Positions 8,286-16,515 of a DNA stretch of 17,776 bases are shown one piece after another. The stretch comes from Acaryochloridaceae cyanobacterium VAR_48_metabat_390 (GTDB lineage Bacteria; Cyanobacteriota; Cyanobacteriia; Thermosynechococcales; Thermosynechococcaceae): NCBI GenBank assembly GCA_031422435.1, contig JANPLU010000041.1, positions 1 to 17,776 of the forward strand, in the 5' to 3' direction. Under the pieces are notes generated by a model. It did not search any database, was not told the DNA's origin, and saw only the letters and a program-made list of their open reading frames with translations. A program made the position numbers and the translations under genes. Each line of letters begins with the position of its first letter. Position 1 is the stretch's first letter.

Positions 8286-8368
8286 AAAACCCCTTGGGGT
8301 ATCCCTAGCGGTTTGTTTTAAAGAGTTAACATTAGGGCACTTGAGACACGGGCTAAAGATGAACTTTT

Positions 8369-9040
8369 ATGGCACAAAAGCTGCGCGTTAAGATTTGTGG
8401 CATTACAAGAGTGGAGCAGGCTGTGGCGATCGCCGCTCTCGGAGCCGATGCCCTCGGACTCATTTGCGTCGCAGAATCGCCCAGATATATTGCGCCAGAA
8501 AAAATTGGTGAAATTGTCGCAAAACTCCCTGAAAATTCTATGAATGGCGGAACCCTTGCAAAAATAGGGGTCTTTGCCAACGCATCCCTAGAGCAAATTA
8601 TTGCGACCGTTCATCAAGGCGCACTGACAGGTGTACAGCTCCACGGTCAAGAATCTCTTGTGTTTTGTCGAAGCTTACGCCGCGAATTACCCCAAGTCGA
8701 GCTAATTAAAGCCTTTCGCGTGAAGACAGGCGAGACTTTAGCCCTGACCGAAACCTATGCTGATGCAGTAGATACCTTTTTGCTGGATGCCTTTAATGCC
8801 CATGCCCTTGGCGGCACTGGCGAGACTTGGGACTGGGCACTGGTGAAAGATTTTGCACCGATACGCCCTTGGTTTTTGGCGGGGGGGCTGAATGCGGGGA
8901 ATGCGATCGCCGCCCTCACTCAGGTCAACCCCTCCGGCATTGACCTCTCCAGTGGGGTTGAGACATCCCCAGGAGAGAAAGACCTTATATTGGTGCAAAG
9001 ATTGTTTGAAGGGCTCTCTAGTAGAGCAGTAACCTGCTGA
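8369..9040 (+). CDS. trpF: Phosphoribosylanthranilate isomerase
   Basis: VKICGIT, GADALG, VQLHG.ES, LLDA...GGTGETWDW, LAGGL and IDLSSGVETSPGEKD motifs. Confidence 0.97.
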   Translation: MAQKLRVKICGITRVEQAVAIAALGADALGLICVAESPRYIAPEKIGEIVAKLPENSMNGGTLAKIGVFANASLEQIIATVHQGALTGVQLHGQESLVFCRSLRRELPQVELIKAFRVKTGETLALTETYADAVDTFLLDAFNAHALGGTGETWDWALVKDFAPIRPWFLAGGLNAGNAIAALTQVNPSGIDLSSGVETSPGEKDLILVQRLFEGLSSRAVTC

Positions 9041-9170
9041 ATTTACCATATCTTCTTATCCCATCAGCCGTGATTGTCTCAGCAAGAAGCCAAGATTTAC
9101 TGCGGCTGAGCTTAAGAGTACGCGACTTATACATCTGTCCCAAAGCCCCATACTGTTTTAGTGCTACGGA

Positions 9171-9404
9171 CTAGCCACCGCCCACAATGGTGACAATTTC
9201 CAGGCGATCGCCTTCCACAACAGCCTGTTCATCCCAAAACTGACGGTGCAAAATTTCGCCGTTGTATTCGATCGCAATCAGGCGAGGGTTGAGGTTGAGC
9301 TGCGTCAACAAATCTGGCAGCGTTTGACCCATTGGGCAGTGGTGTAAATTTCCATTAACCTGAACCGCAATGAACTGGGATGTTTCTGCCACTTCAAGCT
9401 CCAT
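9171..9404 (-). CDS. thiS: Sulfur carrier protein ThiS
   Basis: Ubiquitin-like QVNG...AIEYNGEIL...GDRLEIVTIVGGG with C-terminal GG. Overlaps the thiE end by 11 nt. Confidence 0.95.
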   Translation of the reverse strand: MELEVAETSQFIAVQVNGNLHHCPMGQTLPDLLTQLNLNPRLIAIEYNGEILHRQFWDEQAVVEGDRLEIVTIVGGG

Positions 9405-10428
9405 GCTCTAAAGGCTGTAATTGTGAAAGTAATAACCGAACAGCCTGCGTCGGATCGTCCGCTTTCATAATGGAGCGAACCACCGCAACCCGACCTGCCC
9501 CCGCAGCCATTACCTCAGGCAAATTTTGGGCATCAATCCCCCCGATCGCAAACCAAGGTAGCTCGGCATGGGTTGCTGCATAGCGAACATAGTCTAACCC
9601 CGCAACGGCCTTATCTGTTTTAGTCGGCGTGGCGTAGACTGGACCAACGCCAAGGTAGTCGGCTCTTTCTTGTAAAGCTTGTGCCAGCTCTTGGGCATTA
9701 GTCGTTGAGTGCCCAATAATGCGATCTGCCCCCAACAAACGCCGCGCCGCCGCCACAGGCAGATCTTGCTGACCCAGATGCACGCCATCGGCATCTACTG
9801 CCAGTGCGATATCAACTCGGTCATTCACGATAAACAGCGCCTGATATTGATGACACAGCGATCGCAGTATCTTCGCTCGCTCTAACCGCACCGGATCGTC
9901 AGCATCCTTATCTCGATACTGCACCAGTCTTATGCCACCCTGTAAAGCGGCTTCTACCGTCTCATTTAACCCATCAACGGGGGTTGTCACCAGACAAAGC
10001 GTTGCTTGCTGAAGCCGCTGATGTCGATTTTGGCTCAGCAACTTACTTTCTAAGGTGTAGACCTGATAGCGCATCTGCTTAAAGGCTGCGCCCATTGCGG
10101 GGTCGTAAACTTTGCCATATTCCTCTAGCACCCGCAATGCCTCTTGAACTCGACATAAATTGGCTTGCAGTACGGCTGGCACATCCGCCCGAGATTCTTC
10201 ATGGGTGTGGCTGAGTTCAGTGCCCACATCTCCTGGCGTATCTCGTGCTAGTCGAAAGGCGCTGTGGTGCCACTGGCCTAAGGTTTGGCGAAGCTGTTTG
10301 CAGAGGGCAGCTAAGGCAATGTCATCCAACCCAAACCGACACCATTCTTCTACCACCCGCAGCCCTTCGCGCGCGCGGTCTAAATTGGCGTCTAAAATCC
10401 GATAGAGCGGAACATTTGGCGTCGTCAT
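9394..10428 (-). CDS. thiE: Thiamine-phosphate synthase, long cyanobacterial form with an N-terminal ThiD2-like domain
   Basis: C-terminal TMP-TenI motifs VQYRDK, IVNDRVDIA..ADGVHLGQQD, GPVYATPTK and AIGGI. N-terminal RILDANLDRAREGLRVVEEWCRF domain. ATG at 10428 is preferred to GTG at 10464. Confidence 0.95.
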   Translation of the reverse strand: MTTPNVPLYRILDANLDRAREGLRVVEEWCRFGLDDIALAALCKQLRQTLGQWHHSAFRLARDTPGDVGTELSHTHEESRADVPAVLQANLCRVQEALRVLEEYGKVYDPAMGAAFKQMRYQVYTLESKLLSQNRHQRLQQATLCLVTTPVDGLNETVEAALQGGIRLVQYRDKDADDPVRLERAKILRSLCHQYQALFIVNDRVDIALAVDADGVHLGQQDLPVAAARRLLGADRIIGHSTTNAQELAQALQERADYLGVGPVYATPTKTDKAVAGLDYVRYAATHAELPWFAIGGIDAQNLPEVMAAGAGRVAVVRSIMKADDPTQAVRLLLSQLQPLEHGA

Positions 10429-10759
10429 GCCATCACAACCTATACCTACAGAACCCGCAGCCACAGACCATTTCTTATCCTAACAGGGCGGCTGAGTGAC
10501 AGCTTGGGAATCATCTGTGGGTATCCTGAGCAGAGCTGTCTAAATTTTGGGCTAAAAAGTTTGTTAATTTAATGGTTTCATGACGTAAAATCATCCCATT
10601 CAAGGTAGTATTTTCGATGCCTTTGATAAATTTTGCCGCAAAAGCATAAATTTAGCTCAGCATCGGGCTGCGTCTTCAGTCATAACCTTCGTGCAAGCCG
10701 CTGCACCACAGCCGAGATCTTTCGTTCCCCACGTTACATCCTCAGGAGTGCGATCGCCC

Positions 10760-11959
10760 ATGAAGCCATCATCTGTTGTCTACACTACCGCCCTACTTTG
10801 GAGCGTTGGCTTTGCCCTCTCTGGTACAGTCCAGTCTGCCGCCGCCGCCGCTACTTTTGAACAACAGGAACTCGATCAGGGTCGCGTCATCGCCGTTGCG
10901 ATGCCATTGGCTCAGGGCGATCGCTACAATCTTTTGATCTTGGAGCAGCTTTCTAACGCCAAGCAGTGCTGGCAGCAGAACCCCAGCAACCCCAATATTG
11001 TCGATCCGCTCTTGCTGAAGTTTGACTTTACCAATATCTGTGGGCGCAGTACCGACAGCAATGGGTACTCAGTGCGAATTGCCGGACAAGATAAGGCGCT
11101 CGACTATCGACTTTCGATTGCAAGAGAAAATAATCATCTGGTTCTGCTGGCAGTCCCTGCCCGGAATTCTCAAGGTTCAGCCATTGCCATTGCCCGTACA
11201 GAAAATCTGGAGCCTGGTTTTCTAAAGCTTCAGCTCAACCCAGAATGGCGGTTTACCAAGCGATCCTATAGCGGCAAAACCCTCGGTCACATCTACTTAA
11301 CCCGAGATACCGAAGGGGGTTCTGGCTATATTGCCAGCGCCGCGCCCCTAGGAACGTCTGCTAGAGGCGGACAAAGTTCATTGTTTAGAGGCGGGGTTCA
11401 AGGGCGATCGCCGATTACATCACGCTACGGCAGAACGTTAAATCCCATTACGGCACCCATTCAAATTCCAGTCCCGTCTGCCCCCATTTCGGCAGGGCGT
11501 TTGCGCCGTCCGGTCTTATCGTCCCCATCCTCTAGCGTATTTCCCATTGCGCCACCCTCCTCTAGCTATGGCTTGCCAACGGTAGCGGCTGGCGTATTGC
11601 CTGTGCCCACTTCCACCATTCCCTTAGGAACTGCTGGCAACGAACCCGATTTAATTACCGCCAAGACCCCCAGCCTTAACATTAATGCGATGGCTCCTGG
11701 CGCAACGTCTGGTCTAGGAGGAGGTGTGCCCGCGCCCTTCCAGGTGGCAATGGTCAACCCTAAGTATCGTGTGTTTGTTAAAGCTGCCGATAGCAATCAG
11801 CGGCAAGCCGTCAAAACATTAGTCCCCGACTCCTTTCGGTCTTCCTATCAAGGGCAGTCGATGCTCCAGGTTGGGGCATTTCAAGATCGTGTCAAAGCCG
11901 ATGAAGTCATTGACCTATTGAATCGAAACGGCATTAGCAGTATCTTGTCGGCTGAGTAG
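10760..11959 (+). CDS. Secreted DUF3747-domain protein with a Pro/Ser/Gly-rich linker and a SPOR-like C-terminal domain
   Basis: AGGAG RBS at 10744-10748 before ATG 10760. Signal peptide ending AAAAA. DUF3747 motifs LLILEQ...CW, VDPLL.KFDFT.ICGRSTDSNGYSVR and GKTLGHIYL. C-terminal LQVGAFQDR..A..L..L...G motif. Confidence 0.8.
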   Translation: MKPSSVVYTTALLWSVGFALSGTVQSAAAAATFEQQELDQGRVIAVAMPLAQGDRYNLLILEQLSNAKQCWQQNPSNPNIVDPLLLKFDFTNICGRSTDSNGYSVRIAGQDKALDYRLSIARENNHLVLLAVPARNSQGSAIAIARTENLEPGFLKLQLNPEWRFTKRSYSGKTLGHIYLTRDTEGGSGYIASAAPLGTSARGGQSSLFRGGVQGRSPITSRYGRTLNPITAPIQIPVPSAPISAGRLRRPVLSSPSSSVFPIAPPSSSYGLPTVAAGVLPVPTSTIPLGTAGNEPDLITAKTPSLNINAMAPGATSGLGGGVPAPFQVAMVNPKYRVFVKAADSNQRQAVKTLVPDSFRSSYQGQSMLQVGAFQDRVKADEVIDLLNRNGISSILSAE

Positions 11960-12060
11960 CAGCTTGGGCTAGTGATGTGTTCTGGCGCATGATCAGTAGC
12001 GGTAGAACTGAGGTTAGCGATAGAATGCAGACTGGCTTAACCAAAAGGCGCATATTGCTT

Positions 12061-12114
12061 AATACCTATTCAATTAGGTATTCCTTTAGGCCAAATGGTG
12101 TGCTATGGCCTAAA
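12061..12114. other. Two adjacent perfect stem-loops in the intergenic region upstream of the YaaW-family gene
   Basis: AATACCTA-ttcaat-TAGGTATT (12061-12082) and TTTAGGCCA-N12-TGGCCTAAA (12085-12114). Confidence 0.6.
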
Positions 12115-12193
12115 ACTGCTTCAAATTTTTAATAAACTAGACGTTTTAATCCAATTTTAAGATTCAAATTTCATAGCGAGCCGATCAGGATGC

Positions 12194-12997
12194 ATGGATG
12201 AACTACGGGTTGTACTTGAGTTAGCGACAGAAGACGAGCTACAAGACCTCACCGAAATCCTGTTTCGGCGTAAATTTAACCCTTTAGACTATTTGCAGGG
12301 CGTTGATCCCATCCAAGTGCCGAGGCTTAATCGCGCTCAGTGGCTAGATGCAATGGAAGAGCGCTTTCGGTTTTTAGCCGCAGATGGGTTTACAGTTTTG
12401 CAGGGCAATTCTCAGGCTGTCACCTATCGGCAGGTTTTGGTACGCGTGTGCCGCCACCTAAAGCTAAAGTTTTCTCCCATGCTGTCTACGACAGATTTAG
12501 AAGCTGAAATCTTTCTGCATTTGATGGAGCGCACCTGGAAAAATATACCTGCAAGCGATCGCCAAGATATTGTGCAGCGCATTGGTGAAGCGCTTCAGCA
12601 GTCTGCTTCAGAGCCTTTACCGCTCGCCTGTCACTCAGACCCCCTACGGCTGATGGTTGAGGGGGGTAGTGCCTTGGCCTTCAGCTCCGTGATGCGTCCG
12701 ATGGTGCTGCGGCAAGTTGCGCGGCAGTTTGCGCTTTATTTTTCGACCTATCAGTCTACGGCTTATTTGTCAGGCTCTTTGCTGGTGCAGGCTGCTCGTC
12801 AAGGTGCTGCATCTACGGCATTGCGCTATGCCACGACTCGCAGCTTATTTGCGGCGCTCAGTAGCGCCCTGTGGGTGGGGTTTGCAGTGGATCTGGGCTG
12901 GAGGGCGATCGCCACAAACTACGGGCGCATTATTCCCATTATTTTCACCCTGGCACAAATTCGCCTAACGCGTTCAGAATGGGCTTACGCCGTTTAA
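12194..12997 (+). CDS. Conserved cyanobacterial YaaW-family protein of unknown function
   Basis: N-terminus MDELR..LELATEDELQDLT.ILF.RKFNPLDY, RFRFLAADG.TVL, and C-terminal DLGWRAIATNYGRIIP, recognised from memory. AGGA upstream of the ATG. Confidence 0.75.
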   Translation: MDELRVVLELATEDELQDLTEILFRRKFNPLDYLQGVDPIQVPRLNRAQWLDAMEERFRFLAADGFTVLQGNSQAVTYRQVLVRVCRHLKLKFSPMLSTTDLEAEIFLHLMERTWKNIPASDRQDIVQRIGEALQQSASEPLPLACHSDPLRLMVEGGSALAFSSVMRPMVLRQVARQFALYFSTYQSTAYLSGSLLVQAARQGAASTALRYATTRSLFAALSSALWVGFAVDLGWRAIATNYGRIIPIIFTLAQIRLTRSEWAYAV

Positions 12998-13016
12998 TCA
13001 GCCTGCATGACACTTT

Positions 13017-13087
13017 GTAAGGAAGGGCAGGTTTTGCCGAAACTTTTTGAGTATGCCTCATACAGTTTCAGCTAAACCTGCCCCTAC
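13017..13087. repeat. REPIN-like long hairpin with a GTAG-type end
   Basis: Arms GGGCAGGTTTTGCCGAAACT (13025-13044) and AGTTTCAGCTAAACCTGCCC (13064-13083) are complementary at 18 of 20 positions, with inner TGAG/CTCA. The right end CCCCTAC reads GTAGGGG on the minus strand. Confidence 0.7.
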
Positions 13088-13135
13088 GGACGGTTTGAAT
13101 CAGCGCTTAGTCTTACCATCCCCCTGATACGCTTA

Positions 13136-13882
13136 ATGATGTCTTTTGTCTTGCCCAATACTTTGACCGATCCCCATCGTTGGTTTTTTGCTTCTCACTT
13201 CATCATGCTGGGGCTAATCGGAGGGTTTGCCCTTGCTCACAGCGGTTTAGCTGCCCTGCGTCTGGAGGCAGAAAAACGTGTTGGCCCTCGTCCTTACCGC
13301 ATTTTATTTGCCATCGTCAGTATTAGTCTTGCTGTCGTTCTGATTACTTATTTTTTAAACCATCGTTACGATGGCGTTCAGCTTTGGCAGGTGCAGGGAC
13401 AGCCTTGGGTTATGCCCTTTGTCTGGGTTCTCTCAGCTATTTCCTTTCTATTCCTATACCCCTCTACCTTTAACCTGCTCGAAATTGCGGCAATTCAGCA
13501 GCCAAAAGTACATCTTTACGACGCGGGGATCGTTCGCATTACGAGGCACCCGCAGATGGTGGGGCAGGTGATTTGGTGTATTGCCCATACCTTATGGATT
13601 GGCACCACATTTACCCTTGCCACTTCCTTGGGACTGATTGGCTATCATCTGTTTGCCGTTTGGCATGGCGATCAGCGGTTAACCATCCGCTATGGCGATG
13701 CCTTTGCAAAAGTTAAAGCCCAGACTTCGGTGATCCCATTTTTAGCAGTCTTGCAGGGGCGACAAACCCTTAACCTTCAGGAATTTCTTCGACCCGCCTA
13801 CTTGGGGATCGCAGCTTTTGTTGCACTATTCTGGTGGGCACATCCCTTAATGATTCGTGCATCTGCGGGCATTCCCTGGTAG
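13136..13882 (+). CDS. NnrU-family membrane protein, probable 15-cis-zeta-carotene isomerase (Z-ISO)
   Basis: Multiple transmembrane helices and motifs HSGLAALR, PSTFNLLEIAAI, GIVRITRHPQMVGQ..WC.AH and HLFAVWHGD.RL, typical of Z-ISO-like NnrU proteins. Confidence 0.85.
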   Translation: MMSFVLPNTLTDPHRWFFASHFIMLGLIGGFALAHSGLAALRLEAEKRVGPRPYRILFAIVSISLAVVLITYFLNHRYDGVQLWQVQGQPWVMPFVWVLSAISFLFLYPSTFNLLEIAAIQQPKVHLYDAGIVRITRHPQMVGQVIWCIAHTLWIGTTFTLATSLGLIGYHLFAVWHGDQRLTIRYGDAFAKVKAQTSVIPFLAVLQGRQTLNLQEFLRPAYLGIAAFVALFWWAHPLMIRASAGIPW

Positions 13883-13931
13883 CATGATCCCTACGGCTGA
13901 GTAACATACCCCCTTGGACTAGAAGGGATTT

Positions 13932-14315
13932 ATGATTGCATCCATCGGTGAAAAAGCGTTTAAAGAAGAAGTTTTAAGCTCTCCTGTTCCGGTTTTTGTG
14001 AACTTTTGGGCACCTTGGTGTGGGCCTTGCAAGCTGATTGAGCCGCTTGTGCTACAGCTTAAAAGCACCGCAGCAAAGCCCGTGAAGGTTGTTCGAGTCA
14101 ATGCGGATGAAAATTTCTGGTTGGCTAAAAACTTCAAATTAACGAATATCCCGACTGTAATTTTGTTTTATCAAGGAAAAGTGGTTCATCGCCTAGAACA
14201 CTTCAGGGGTCGCGAAGACGTATTGCAAACGCTAGGCGCTGCTCTGGAGTCCCTCGGCATTCAAGACGATTCTTCGACACAAGCTCAGCCGCCCCTTAAG
14301 TCTTTGCCAACCTAA
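13932..14315 (+). CDS. Thioredoxin, probably of the cyanobacterial TrxC lineage but with a WCGPC site
   Basis: VNFWAPWCGPC active site (14016-14030), cis-Pro motif IPT, TrxC-like VNADEN and HRLE.FRGRED segments, and position between nnrU and ndhF1. Confidence 0.88.
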   Translation: MIASIGEKAFKEEVLSSPVPVFVNFWAPWCGPCKLIEPLVLQLKSTAAKPVKVVRVNADENFWLAKNFKLTNIPTVILFYQGKVVHRLEHFRGREDVLQTLGAALESLGIQDDSSTQAQPPLKSLPT

Positions 14316-14376
14316 CGTTGATTGAATCGAGTCATTGCTTGTCCATCCTAAATAACAGTTTCATTTTGAGAGAGTG

Positions 14377-14385
14377 TGTCACAAT
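14377..14385 (+). promoter_or_regulatory. Putative extended -10 promoter (TGn-CACAAT) for ndhF1-ndhD1
   Basis: TGTCACAAT about 55-60 nt upstream of the ndhF1 start. Confidence 0.4.
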
Positions 14386-14438
14386 GGGACTGTTTTCTGC
14401 CTGGAAACCTACGAATTGATGTTTCAGCAGCGTAAGTG

Positions 14439-16493
14439 ATGGAACCTTTATATGAATACGCCTGGCTTATTCCAGTCTTCCCGCTCTTGGGCGCGATGCT
14501 GGTGGGCTTGGGTCTAATTTCTTTTAACCGCGCAACGAATGCACTGCGGCAGATCAATGCAGTGATCATCATCTCGTTTCTTGGCGCGGCTATGTCAATG
14601 TCCTATGCATTGCTGTGGAGCCAAATCCACGGTCATGAAACGTTTCTCAGCACCTTTGAGTGGGCTGCTGCTGGGACGTTTAGCCTCACGATGGGCTACA
14701 CCATTGATCACCTGGCTGCAATGATGCTGGTGGTAGTGACGACGGTGGCCTTTCTGGTGATGGTCTACACCGACGGCTACATGGCCCATGATGCCAGCTA
14801 TGTTCGGTTTTATGCTTATTTGAGCTTGTTTAGCTCTTCTATGCTGGGTTTGGTGATTAGCCCCAACCTTGTTCAGGTCTATATTTTCTGGGAACTGGTG
14901 GGGATGTGTTCCTATCTGCTCGTTGGGTTCTGGTATGACCGCAAGGCGGCGGCAGACGCAGCCCAAAAAGCCTTTGTGACCAACCGCGTGGGTGACTTTG
15001 GCCTGCTGCTCGGCATTCTAGGGCTGTTTTGGACGACGGGAAGCTTTGACTTTCAGACCATTGGCGATCGCCTCCAAGATCTGGTCGCCAGCGGTCAGCT
15101 CAGTATTGTGGTTGCCAGTATCTTTGCCATTCTGGTGTTTTTAGGTCCCGTAGCAAAGTCGGCACAGTTTCCGCTTCACGTTTGGCTACCGGATGCAATG
15201 GAAGGGCCAACCCCTATCTCTGCACTCATTCACGCCGCGACGATGGTAGCGGCTGGGGTGTTTTTGATTGCGCGGATGTACCCCGTGTTTGAAGGGCTAC
15301 CAGGGGTCATGACCGTGATTGCCTGGACGGGTGCAGTCACGGCCTTTATGGGCGCGACGATCGCCATTACCCAAAACGACATCAAGAAGGGGCTGGCCTA
15401 CTCCACCATTTCTCAACTGGGCTACATGGTAATGGCGATGGGCATTGGAGCCTACTCAGCAGGTCTATTTCACCTCATGACCCACGCCTTCTTTAAAGCC
15501 ATGCTGTTTTTGGGGTCTGGGTCTGTCATTCACGGCATGGAGAGTGCGGTGGGGCACAACCCTGTGCTAGCCCAAGATATGCGAATGATGGGGGGCTTGC
15601 GAAAGTATATGCCCCTGACGGCCTCAACCTTTTTAGTCGGCTGTCTCGCAATTTCTGGCATTCCGCCCTTCGCGGGGTTCTGGTCTAAGGATGAAATTTT
15701 AGGTCAGGCATTTGAGGCGAACCCTGCCCTCTGGCTGTTGGGCTGGCTCACGGCTGGAATTACTGCCTTCTATATGTTCCGGATGTACTTCACAACCTTT
15801 GAAGGCTCCTTTAGGGGCGGCAATACCAAAATTCAGGAAGCGCTTCTAGAAGGTCGTGTCCCTGAACCTGCCCTAGCCTTTGGCCCTGGTGCGATGGATC
15901 CTAAAGAACTGGATCATGGACATGATGACAGTCACGGTCATGCGGGTCTACCCCATGAATCTCCCCTCACCATGACGCTACCGCTGCTGGTGTTGGCGGT
16001 GCCTTCGATGCTCATTGGGCTATTGGGTACGCCGTTTCACAACTACTTTGAAGCCTTTGTCTATTCACCTTCTGAGACGGCTGCTGAAGCCCTCAAGTCC
16101 GCAACTGAGGCCAATTTGCCAGAGTTCTATGTCATGGCGGGCAATTCTGTCGGGATCTCTTTGATTGGGATTACGCTGGCCTCGCTCATGTACCTACGGC
16201 ATAAGATTGATCCGGCGGCGATCGCAGCTAAGTTCCCAGCCCTTTACAACTTTTCGCTCAACAAGTGGTACTTCGACGATTTCTATAACTCAGTGTTTGT
16301 CCGCGGTACCCGTCGTTTAGCGCGTCAGGTGCTAGAGGTTGACTACAACGTTGTAGACGGCGCAGTCAACTTTACGGGCTTTCTCGCGGTCATTACGGGC
16401 GAAGGGCTGAAGTATTTTGAAAACGGTCGGGCGCAGTTTTATGCCCTCATCGTTTTCTTGGCGGTGCTGGGCATTGTGATTGTGTCCGCTTAG
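14439..16493 (+). CDS. ndhF1: NAD(P)H-quinone oxidoreductase (NDH-1) subunit 5, NdhF1
   Basis: MEPLYEYAWLIP start, FWELVGMCSYLL, AKSAQFPLHVWLPDAMEGPTPISALIHAATMV, and a long C-terminal region NKWYFDD...ENGRAQFY that marks the F1 (NDH-1L) type. Confidence 0.97.
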   Translation: MEPLYEYAWLIPVFPLLGAMLVGLGLISFNRATNALRQINAVIIISFLGAAMSMSYALLWSQIHGHETFLSTFEWAAAGTFSLTMGYTIDHLAAMMLVVVTTVAFLVMVYTDGYMAHDASYVRFYAYLSLFSSSMLGLVISPNLVQVYIFWELVGMCSYLLVGFWYDRKAAADAAQKAFVTNRVGDFGLLLGILGLFWTTGSFDFQTIGDRLQDLVASGQLSIVVASIFAILVFLGPVAKSAQFPLHVWLPDAMEGPTPISALIHAATMVAAGVFLIARMYPVFEGLPGVMTVIAWTGAVTAFMGATIAITQNDIKKGLAYSTISQLGYMVMAMGIGAYSAGLFHLMTHAFFKAMLFLGSGSVIHGMESAVGHNPVLAQDMRMMGGLRKYMPLTASTFLVGCLAISGIPPFAGFWSKDEILGQAFEANPALWLLGWLTAGITAFYMFRMYFTTFEGSFRGGNTKIQEALLEGRVPEPALAFGPGAMDPKELDHGHDDSHGHAGLPHESPLTMTLPLLVLAVPSMLIGLLGTPFHNYFEAFVYSPSETAAEALKSATEANLPEFYVMAGNSVGISLIGITLASLMYLRHKIDPAAIAAKFPALYNFSLNKWYFDDFYNSVFVRGTRRLARQVLEVDYNVVDGAVNFTGFLAVITGEGLKYFENGRAQFYALIVFLAVLGIVIVSA

Positions 16494-16515
16494 GGTTGAG
16501 TAATCTCAGCCCTAA
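16490..16515 (+). other. Intercistronic stem-loop overlapping the ndhF1 stop codon
   Basis: TTAGGGTTGAG-taat-CTCAGCCCTAA: 11 bp with one G-U pair, followed only by ATTT. Confidence 0.6.

Larger units (their letters stand above)
122..16225. repeat. HIP1 octamer GCGATCGC, dispersed
   Basis: Perfect copies start at 122, 793, 2231, 7544, 8426, 8903, 9204, 9858, 10750, 10917, 11404, 12555, 12905, 15064 and 16218 (manual count). Fewer than one is expected by chance in 17.8 kb. Confidence 0.95.

Noticed and set aside
10429..10620. TPP riboswitch expected upstream of thiE-thiS
   Set aside because: No GCUGAGA / CCUGAU / AGCGUAGGGA-type core on the minus strand. The GGCTGAG at 10490 is on the wrong strand.
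13890..13930. GGCTGAG...ACCC...AAGGGA upstream of the thioredoxin, resembling part of a TPP aptamer
   Set aside because: The P4/P5 pyrophosphate-binding arm is missing and the spacer is too short. At most a 5-bp hairpin near the RBS.
2743..14291. Recurrent octamer CGGCTGAG/CTCAGCCG (about six copies, several near gene ends)
   Set aside because: With tens of thousands of possible octamers, one reaching this count is roughly expected. Several copies are coding and the flanks are not conserved.
15910..15945. His-rich loop in NdhF1 (DHGHDDSHGH)
   Set aside because: His-rich variable loops at this position are ordinary in NdhF/NuoL proteins.
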